The translations under genes were made by a program, and so were the position numbers. From Micromonas pusilla (lineage: Eukaryota): a DNA stretch of 32,000 bases. This document shows positions 9,671 to 18,216 of the stretch, piece by piece; the first letter of the stretch is position 1; each line of letters starts with the position of its first letter. The notes below the pieces were generated by a model that was given only the letters and a program-made list of their open reading frames with translations, did no database searches and was not told where the DNA came from. The DNA is taken from contig GG663736.1 in assembly GCA_000151265.1 (NCBI GenBank), positions 966,149 to 998,148 of the forward strand. Reading direction: 5' to 3'.

Positions 9671-10780
9671 ATACTTCCGGAAGTAACTTCGGAGAAGTAC
9701 GGAAGTACGGAAGCACCTTCGAAAGTACCTTTGTACTTTCGTACAACGTTATGGATATGGCATGTGTAGGCCCTACAGACTTGATAGGTTTGGCTGGAAA
9801 TCGTGCCGAGGGAAACTGTACGTGTACGTGACTACGTGAGTACTACGTGTACAGTGCACACGTGTAGGGCCTAGCTAGCCCTACAGCCTACACGTGTATG
9901 TACTGTACGGAAGTACGAAAGTACACTAAATTGCGTCAGACCGACCATTGTCTGTGCGGAGATAGAGAATCGCCCTAGCTAGTCTACTTGTACTGTACGT
10001 GTACACGTATCACGTGCAGTACAAACGCGTTACTTTCGTACAACGATAAACGTACGAAAGTACTTTCGTACTTTCGTACCTTTTTTTTTTTCTATTATTC
10101 CATGTACAGTAAGTGTACAGCTGTACACGTACAGTAGACGTACAGTACACGACTACACGTACACGTAAGTTGTTTTTGTACACGTACAGAACTGTACACG
10201 TACGTGTAATGATGATGTTTTACAGTACCATATTTTTTAGTTTATCTATGCATGTGTAATTTGTATACACTGTACGCGTACATCACGTAGCTGTACTTGA
10301 TACATCCGTCCGTACGAAGGTAAATTTGTACGAAAATAGAATACTTCCGTACACGTAGCCCTACGGAAGTCCGTATTTTCGTACTCCGTACATTGATATC
10401 TACCTACTAGATAGATATTTCTGTACGAAAGTAGATACACTACAACTTGTACAATCTGATAGACTACGGTAAGTTAATACGCGTTGTTACTGTACTTCCG
10501 TACATTGTAGTAGGCAGTGCTAGTACACATAGCATCACGTAGCCCAACGACAAGACTACGTTGTACGGTACGAAGGTATTACTTTCGTACGAAAGTACTT
10601 TCGTACGAAAGTATCATACGAAAGTAGTACGAAAGTACGAAAGTACGAATAAATAGATACTTTCGTACTTTCGTACGAAAATAGATACTTTCGTACGAAG
10701 ATACTGTAGAATACTTTCGTACTTCCGTACAATGTACACATAGAATATGTGTACACGTACACGTACAGTACCTTCGTACT
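9671..10780. repeat. GTAC-anchored palindromic module array (largest block; DXS|CHLI divergent intergenic region)
   Basis: ACTTCCGGAAGT, GTACGGAAGTACGGAAG, GTACACGTGTA, GTACGAAAGTACTTTCGTACTTTCGTAC and long GTACGAAAGTA runs at 10560-10720. It underlies ORFs 9631..9831, 10246..10440, 10556..10825 and 10579..10863. Confidence 0.85.
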
Positions 10781-10948
10781 ATGTTTACCGTGCAAGAAAA
10801 AATGATAATAAATCCTCGACTGCACATATTCTTATTGGCCAGTATGAAAGATCCGCCAATCAAAGATTAGTTTTTATCAGTCAGACAGCAATCTGATCTG
10901 ATCCTTGAGAAGCACTTTCGGCACTCTGCTCCGCACGAACTCTCAACC

Positions 10949-13202
10949 ATGTCTTTCCACGCAAACAAAGCTACATGTTTGTCGTCAACTTCGAGTGCGC
11001 CCCTTCCCAATTTTCTTGAATCCCCAATGGATCCTCTGATACACATCGAGCGCACGCTTTTCCTCGAACGAACGAACAAGCGTACTTCCGCCGTAAAGCC
11101 GGGGTCTAAATCTTTTTTTTGCAGCTTCGTTTAGGATCGTCAGTGCAGAACTTCGTGCTAAAGCCAGGTGAGTATTCTACTAAATTGTCGCATGCTTCTT
11201 GTATTAAGTGTGTGACATCCTTAGACCTCACCGAGGCATCGCGGATGTTCATAAAAAACATTCCATGTTTTCTCGAGCTGTCACTGAAGGTATCAATCAT
11301 CATAGCCAGCTGATTTGCGCAGGCCTCTCACATTCTTTGTTTGGTTGAATTTCAGCTAACCAAGCAGAGACAGATGCAGCTTCGAACGCAGCTGCACGCC
11401 CTGTGTATCCTTTTAGTGCCATCATTGGGCAGGAAGAGATGAAGTTTGCCGCCATAATGAACATCATCGATCCAAACATAGGAGGGATCATGGTGATGGG
11501 CGATCGAGGTACTGGGAAGTCGACTACAGTTCGGTCTTTGGTATGTTTTGATTGAATGAATCCCATTTGAGCCCTTTACTTTTCTTCTTCCACAGGTTGA
11601 CCTACTGCCGCTAATTGACGTTGTCAAAGATGACCCTTTCATGAGCAGCCCAACTGACCCCAACTTGATGTCTCCAGATATACTCAAATTATTTCGTGAA
11701 GGGTATGCTACTATGTCAAAACGATTCCTGTGCCTTTATTTCACTTACATCAACTGTATATTTGGCTCTAAATGTATGATTTCGGCGGTCCCCTGCATAT
11801 TGTTCGCCTCTTGAAACCACGAGAGTTCCCATAAACATGGTAGACCTACCGTTGGGCGCGACAGAGGATAGAGTGTGTGGAACCATAGACATCGAAAAAG
11901 CTCTGACAGGCAGGGAATAACCGGTCTTGATTGTGTTACATAGGATGCTGTCGCACGTTTTTTTTTCAACGCGAAATCCGACTTCCACCGCTGTTTGCTG
12001 CCCGCAACCCTTGCCAAGGAAGGGACGAAAGCTTTTGAACCTGGACTCCTAGCAAAGGAAAGTCTTGTCTCTTGTGACCATTTGTGGTATCACTTACCTA
12101 TTTATCTCACCGTTTTCTCATATGCCAGGCTAATCGCGGAATTCTTTATGTCGATGAGGTTAACTTACTAGACGACCATCTTGTGGACGTTCTCCTTGAC
12201 TCCGCGGTAAATTATTTTTCCTTCAGATGAGAGAGTTGTGTATATCGCTAAACAAACCTCTATGTCTCTAGGCTTCCGGTTGGAACACCGTCGAACGAGA
12301 AGGAATAAGCATATGTCATCCTGCCCGTTTCATTCTTATTGGTTCTGGGAATCCAGAGGTTTGCACTACTTATGAAACAGCGCACAGCTGGAGAGGGGAG
12401 TTTTTTTTATGCAAGACGTCTAAAACTTTTGCACAGGAGGGTGAACTTCGCCCCCAACTTCTTGATAGGTTTGGTATGCATGCACAGATCAAGACCGTGA
12501 AGTTGCCTGAGGTGTGTGATTCTTAACCACAGTTTTCACTGTTTGACCAAGAAAACCGAACGTATTTTCGTTGGTGCTGGACTCTAACCCTTGGAGCGAG
12601 TGAGAGTCGTTGAAGAGCGCACTGCTTTTGATACCTCACCCAATGAATTTCGCAAAAGTACACTTCATTTGTTGTTGTTTTCCAATTCTTTCGTTTGGTC
12701 AGCATTTGCACTGAGAACACGTCCATTTGCAGAGTACGAATCGGAACAGAGGGCGATAATCAGTAAACTTGACACTGCTCGGGAGTTGCTGCCTTCAGTT
12801 CAAGTACCAATGGAAATTCGGCTCAAGATTTCTCAGGTACGTTTCTTGCACGTATGACTGTTTACTTGTATTTCACAGTTTCATTTGTGTTAAGGTTTGT
12901 TCCGAGCTTGATGTCGACGGGCTCAGGGGAGACCTCGTCACTACCCGTGCTTCCAGAGCTGCTGCTGCATACAGGTTTGTGCTCAAGCATATGATTTCAC
13001 AGTTTCTGGAATTTCGCCGTCTAAATAAATATATCTCGTGTACTCCAGGGGTGCCAACGAAGTCACCGATGAAGACGTCTACTCGGTGGTTACACTGTGT
13101 CTTCGTCACCGTCTGCGAAAGGATCCTATGGCGACTATTGACGAAGGCACGAAAGTGCTTGAGGTTTTCTCAAGTGTGTTCGGATATGATTCTGAGGAGT
13201 GA
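10949..13202 (+). CDS. CHLI: Magnesium chelatase subunit I (chlorophyll biosynthesis), 13 exons
   Basis: Exon model: 10949-11081 (alt 11092), 11135-11167 (alt 11125 start), 11356-11540, 11596-11702, 11824-11908, 12019-12057, 12129-12206, 12272-12358, 12437-12511, 12597-12657, 12733-12836, 12895-12974, 13049-13202. The exons sum to 1221 nt, which is 406 codons plus TGA. Diagnostic blocks include [48 protein letters not shown] (Walker A), [60 protein letters not shown] (Walker B), [58 protein letters not shown] and [11 protein letters not shown]. The N-terminus [20 protein letters not shown] is transit-peptide-like. The first intron, junction 4/5 and junctions 5/6 and 6/7 are uncertain (see findings). 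Confidence 0.9.
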
Positions 13203-13435
13203 GCAAGAGTTGTTGATAAGTCCATGAATTTCATGATGGAAATATCCGCAGCTGATGTACTTATAGAGGAACTGCTCTCAACACACTACAGGAAAGGATG
13301 CTAAACAATTTGAAAATAACGTCACCACTGACAACAAAAGTGGTATTGCACAACCTTCAGAACAAACTTTCGAAAGGCAGCTTAAACTGCGTCTTCTGCC
13401 AGACCATCATGAACAAGAGAGTTTCATCGAGGAAC

Positions 13436-14755
13436 TCACTGTCCCGGGGATGGAGAGCTCACAAGCCCTGCAGCATCATCCCATGCATCTCCTGAAAGAA
13501 CGCTATCAATCGCTCGAGAGTTTTTATCGACGACTTTATCCACTATCCCGTAAGCAATCGCGTCCTTCGCCGTCAGATAAAGAGGACGTTGAATATCCTG
13601 TGTCATAAAGTTAGTCAGACAGGATACGATTCGAGAGACGATTAAAAAAACTCCACATTATCTATCTTCTCTTTGGAGTGACCAGTTGTCAGACTTAATA
13701 TATCAACCATGGCTTTCTTTTGCTCAAGAACTTCTTTCCACTTGAGGTGGAGTTCAATAGCCTGTCGTTGACCAGTAGATGGTATCCTTGGCTGATGCAG
13801 CATCGCTGTTGCATGAGCTGTCATAAACCGTTTGCCCTTATTTCCAGCTGACAGTATCATGCAAGCTTGACCTATGGCAACCCCCGTGCCAACAGTATAA
13901 ATCTGTTGAAGGGGAAAATTTTCAGCGAAACGAAGGTGGGGCACTTTATTGTTTGCATTATCAGAATATGGCAGCTTACCTCATTGCCTATATACTTCAT
14001 GGTGTCATATATAGACGTAGCTTCAGTTTCAAAGCCTACAACCTCCCCATCAGCTCGCTGACAACCAGTAGAATTTATGTATATGTAGCATGGACGAGTA
14101 GCGTCCGTGTACTGCATGTAGAGAAGCTCGGATACGATGAGCTCGGTCACCGCTGGAACCAGCTGTGTCGCCACGATGGTGCTTCTCCGTTAGTAAATAA
14201 GTTTATCGTGGAGAAGAGTTTCATTTCTTCCGAAGACAGTCACAGAAGGTATTGGGTGGGACATACCGGCATCCCTATGTAAACAATCCGGCTGTCAAGA
14301 AGAAGCGAAGGTAGATCGGGAGGGGGCGTTTTGGGTTTGTGCTCGTTGTACGAGGAGCTCGGCGTGGCGCTTGCAGGAGAATAAGAGCACACAACCCCAG
14401 GTTTTCTTTTATCGCCGACTCTTTTGTTGGCGGGTTGAGTGTCACTCAATCCTTCGCTCCCTAAAAAAGCGAAAAAAGAGTAGAATACTTGTCAATTCAA
14501 AATGGTAGAGTTGTATGAACTCTCATTGATGTGTATGGTAAAAAAATTGACAAGCATACATCTTGGCGTGAGAGCGGCTGCACAAACGACTCTAGGTACT
14601 GAGACTGGACGCCTATCAGTGTATACACCAACTCGGCGAAATGAAGTTTTAGAGCGAGCCCGAATACTTAACTTGCGTGGAATCACTTTCGGCCGGGTGG
14701 ACTCAAGCCGCGATGATATGGAATGATTGCCCGAAAAGGCACGGAAATACCACAT
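13436..14755 (-). CDS. CLPR: Clp protease proteolytic-subunit-related protein, non-catalytic ClpR type, 5 exons
   Basis: Exons 14755-14560, 14460-14267, 14162-13980, 13902-13657 and 13597-13436 sum to 981 nt, which is 326 codons plus TGA. Diagnostic blocks are PPPDLPSLLLDSRIVYIGMP | LVPAVTELIVSELLYMQYTD..YIYINSTG..GFETEATSIYDTMKYIGNE | IYTVGTGVAIGQACMILSAGNKGKRFM..AMLHQPRIPSTGQ | DIQRPLYLTAKDAIAYGIVDKVVD, closely resembling plant ClpR4-type sequences. The N-terminus is Arg/Ser-rich. Intron 2 contains TACTAAC. Confidence 0.85.
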
Positions 14756-14809
14756 GAAGAGGTTACCAGTACAATGGCTTCAGGGAAACGAATTAGGGCT
14801 ATCTTATGG

Positions 14810-15355
14810 AAGTACAACTACAGTACGTTGTACTTTCGTACGTTGTACTTACTTCCGGAAGTACGAAGGTACGAAAGTACGAACCGGAAATAATAATACG
14901 AAGTACGAAAGTACAACTATTCTATTTTCGAGGTAAGTTGTTACTTTATTTCGTACGAAAATAGAATACCTTCGAAAAGGTACGTGTACGTGTACAACTA
15001 CACGTGTACGGAAGTAAATATTTGTTACGAACGAAGGTACTTAAAGTACTACCGAAGTATCATACGAAAGTATCAAAGAAAGTACGTGTAGTTGTACAGT
15101 ACACGTACACGTACGTGTACATTATTGCTTGCTTCGTACGGAAGAAGGTATTTTCGTACGAAAGTACTTCCGGAAATACTTCCGGAAGTACGAAAGTACA
15201 ACTATGTACGGAAGTAATGATAATGATACACGTACAGTATGCTATCGCACAATATTTATTCTAAAAATGACACAAATATATTGAGCGGGCGATTCTATAA
15301 ACGCGGTTGTACTTCCGTACACAGTACTGTCTACTGTACCTTCATACGAAGGTAG
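14810..15355. repeat. GTAC-anchored palindromic module array
   Basis: GTACGTTGTACTTTCGTACGTTGTAC, ACTTCCGGAAGTACGAAGGTACGAAAGTAC and GTACGTGTACGTGTAC units. It includes GTAAGTTGTTAC at 14933-14944. Confidence 0.8.
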
Positions 15356-15652
15356 AATTTACAGCATGCAGCTATATGCACGCTGCGAAGATATGCAAGG
15401 GATATTAATTTATAAGAAGGTAGGTAGCTAGGTACCTTGGTATTCAGTGCACTCAGCGGCAGGGGAGGCTGCACTGAGCGCGTTTTGAGCAAGAACCGCC
15501 ATCACACCGGTATTCAGTGCACTCAACCCAACTGACCGACGGCCGAAGCGCTGGAGGCGCTTTTTTATAATGGGCTATATCCGATAGGAAATATCTAGTG
15601 TTTATTATTCCACAGGGAGTAAGTTGTTATTTACTATTATTTATTTGATACA

Positions 15653-16172
15653 AGTACCTTCGAAGGTACCTTCGTAGACTACAATGTACATACACGTACA
15701 ACGTTGTACACGTACACGTACACGTATCACTCACGCATCTATCACCATAAAAATACGAAGGTAGTCTACAGTACGTGTAGATACACTATGATAGTCTACA
15801 ATGTATGTACATTCAATCAGTTTATATTCAATCCTACACGTACGTGCGTGGGATGTGAAATAGTACGTGTACAGCTGTACACGTACGTGTACTGCTCAGG
15901 GATACCATAGTCACGTACAGTGTGTTTTCAAATAAAAAAAGGTACACGTACAACTAGTGAATGATGCTGTGCGTGTACACGTACAGTACGTGTACAGCTG
16001 TACACGTACTTCCGGAAATAGAAATGATACCTTCGAAGATAGATACGAAGGTACTTTCGTACTTTCGTACTTTCGTACTTTCGTACTTTCGTACTTTCGT
16101 ACTTTCGTACGAAAGTACGAAGGTACTTTCGTACTTTCGTACTTTCGAAAGTACTTTCGTACCTTCGAAGGT
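15653..16172. repeat. GTAC-anchored palindromic module array
   Basis: GTACCTTCGAAGGTACCTTCGTA and GTACACGTACACGTACACGTA units plus the microsatellite below. It underlies ORFs 15704..15910, 15954..16310, 15957..16199 and 15961..16233. Confidence 0.85.
16051..16106. repeat. Perfect (GTACTTTC)7 microsatellite
   Basis: Seven exact 8-nt units starting at 16051, 16059, 16067, 16075, 16083, 16091 and 16099. They are followed immediately by the inverted form GTACGAAAGTACGAAGGTAC. Confidence 0.9.
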
Positions 16173-16480
16173 ATTATTCATGTCTACGGTACCATATGAA
16201 GATATTGATTGCAGTCGTACGTTTCTTATGTAAGACGTGTGTCGTGTAGCCCGAGGGTACTTGTCGTGAATTCGTTTACTTTGTTTACAGGCGCCTTCTC
16301 GATACTGCATCGGCGTCTCTGTGTTGCGACGTGTAGATTCGGTTTATCGCACTTCTTAAGCTGATCACTGCCACTCGACGTTTAGTACAATAATTTTAAC
16401 AGTACGGTTTATATCGTCTTGGGTTTCTAAGTTGTATGACATTTTTTTACGATTCCTTAAGTGGTCATTCATTCTCTTTT

Positions 16481-16956
16481 ATGACCCTCAAAGAAGTGCC
16501 TCGGTATTACTGCGGTATGTTTAGTCAAGGTCTTTTCGTTTCTCCTCCTTGATTACGATTCTTTGTTTCAGATTACTGTGATGCTTACCTGACACATGAC
16601 TCTGTACGTTTATAAGTGAACTTGTTTAGTCTGGCTTTCCTTTGTGGAAAAGACTTACGACTGGCGAATTACTGATTTCTTCTTACAGCCCTCTGTTCGA
16701 AAACAGCACAATGCTGGCTACAAACACAAGGTACTAGAACTACACTTTCCTGATATTAAAGTTCATTGACTTCTCATCAAAGTATGCGTAGGCAAATGTT
16801 CGCAACTATTATATGCAGTTTGAAGAGCAGACTACTCTTTCTTTTATAGATAAGAAGTTGAGTTCTTTTGATGGAAGCGCGTTCACAGCTTATCAGCACG
16901 AAATAAGTCGGGTTCTGAAAGAGCAGATTGAGCGCCGTTCCAGTGATATTTTATGA
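16481..16956 (+). CDS. U1C: U1 small nuclear ribonucleoprotein C (U1-C zinc-finger protein), 4 exons
   Basis: Exons 16481-16514, 16572-16603, 16689-16730 and 16792-16956 sum to 273 nt, which is 90 codons plus TGA. They encode [58 protein letters not shown]..., matching the plant U1-C N-terminus ([42 protein letters not shown]). All three introns are GT-AG (57, 85, 61 nt). The 3' end is uncertain: a Pro-rich frame at 17060-17113 might be an additional exon. Confidence 0.8.
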
Positions 16957-17365
16957 AAAGAGTCACTTTTACAGGTGCAGACATCTTGCACAAGAAAACA
17001 TTGCTGTGGTTGATTGAAGAGTGCATTTCGCTGAGAAGTGTAAGGATATGCACTTTTTTTCGTGGTCCACCAGGTCCACCAACTTATCACTGCCCACCAA
17101 TATATTTCATTTGAGATGACAAGAAGATTTCAGAGAAGCAGGATTCTTTAGTCTGACTCTGAAGCCAAATTAATATCCTTAATACCGTGTAATGATACGT
17201 ACAGCTAAAAATTTAATGAAATCAAATATTTCCTACTTTTGTTCTTTAGATTAATGAGTGTCGACACTGAGAACAAGGGAAAAGCAATATGGTTCTCGTA
17301 GCCGCGCTTCAACAAGAATTGTACGGACATATTTTTATCTTAGCCTACATATGTACCAAAGACCT

Positions 17366-17505
17366 TTTCCGTTAGCTCAGTTGGTCAGAGCGTGGTGCTT
17401 ATATGCGCGGCATTGATCGGCATAGCTGAAGAACACATATACGATGACTCGTCCCTGAGTCTCATGGCAACGCCAAGGTCACGGGTTCGAGACCCGTACG
17501 GAGAA
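17366..17505 (+). tRNA. tRNA-Ile(UAU): tRNA-Ile (anticodon UAU) with a 66-nt intron
   Basis: Manual cloverleaf. Acceptor TTTCCGT (17366-17372) pairs with ACGGAGA (17498-17504), with one G-U pair. D arm is GCTC-AGTTGGTCA-GAGC. Anticodon stem TGGTG (17393-17397) pairs with CGCCA (17471-17475). The loop is CT-TAT-A with the anticodon at 17400-17402. The intron lies after position 37 (17404-17469). Variable loop is AGGTC; T arm is ACGGG-TTCGAGA-CCCGT; discriminator is A17505. Confidence 0.85.
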
Positions 17506-17511
17506 AAATAG

Positions 17512-17516
17512 TTTTT
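17512..17516 (+). terminator. Probable RNA polymerase III terminator (T5) for the tRNA
   Basis: TTTTT lies 7 nt downstream of the tRNA discriminator base. Confidence 0.5.
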
Positions 17517-18216
17517 CGCGATCCCTGTGGCCTTGACATACTTGTACGTTGTAATTGTACGGAAGCGCAAATATGTACACTTTTGGAAACATTATTAGGG
17601 TATTATTAGGGTGCATGTGCTCTTCAAATAGATAGCGAGAGTCTTCTATTTCTTTGATACTTCCGTTCAAATGTTTGCACGGGAGTACAAGTTGTGACAT
17701 GCATGTTGCGCTACGCTTATACTGGGCTGATAACAAACTAGTGCCAGTGTACACGTACTAAGCTCCGGAAAAAAATGCTTCTGCTTTGAGTGAATCGGTA
17801 CAGTATAACTGTCTAAAGTAAAATACTCGGATGTAGCATACATCTACTCACACCTTCGAAGGGAATTAAACCCCAACACACTAGGTTGTCACCTGTGTCC
17901 TGACCCTGATACCAAACTGAAGGCTGAGCGTTGGTCCCTTGGACTGCACGTTGCTCAATTTGTAAGTGTACGTACTGTGTTAAGTGAAGTTCAAACCCCA
18001 CAAAAAACCTCGTTGTCCGGAATTTCATCGTAGCGATGAGCAGACGACTCAGAGCAACGAGCACGTATGGACTTGAGCACAAAAAGTTAAAGAAAAGAAG
18101 GCCTGCTTGAACATGGAGACTGCGACGTGTGCTGACCCCCCAGCTTAAGAGGACATGATTTATGTTCTAAAGAGATATCTGTGATGAAAACGGAGGATGG
18201 AACAATCCTTCAGGTC

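Noticed and set aside
9671-10780. GTAC arrays read as a CRISPR-like repeat-spacer array.
   Set aside because: There is no constant repeat of 25-40 nt alternating with unique spacers. The units are 8-16 nt, palindromic and mutually interchangeable, and the locus is eukaryotic with spliced genes.
11093-11124. 32-nt first intron in CHLI (GTAAAG..GCAG).
   Set aside because: It is in frame but much shorter than every other intron here. The alternative 53-nt intron (11082-11134, GTACTT..TTAG) is also in frame and fits the size range. The choice is left unresolved rather than asserted.
15546-15566. Stem-loop plus T run read as a rho-independent terminator.
   Set aside because: Bacterial terminator logic does not apply in a spliced eukaryotic locus. 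It is kept only as a possible Pol III stop in the small-RNA candidate finding.
15954-16310. ORFs with STKVRKYE / FRTFVLSY-type peptides, for example 15954..16310, 15957..16199, 10556..10863, 1298..1519, 20848..21249, 25803..26138, 29706..30154 and 30483..30746.
   Set aside because: They are open on several frames and both strands only because the GTAC/TTTC/GAAA modules lack stop codons. The peptides are repeat translations with no domain features.
17060-17113. Pro-rich frame (GPPGPPTYHCPPIYFI) as a terminal exon of U1C.
   Set aside because: It is plausible by analogy with Pro-rich U1-C tails, but joining it needs a weak donor near 16907 and a 166-nt intron with no other support.
17813-18082. 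89-aa ORF on the minus strand downstream of UROD; also 17479..17754.
   Set aside because: They have no recognisable motifs, lie where the UROD 3' UTR is expected, and have no supporting splice or start context.
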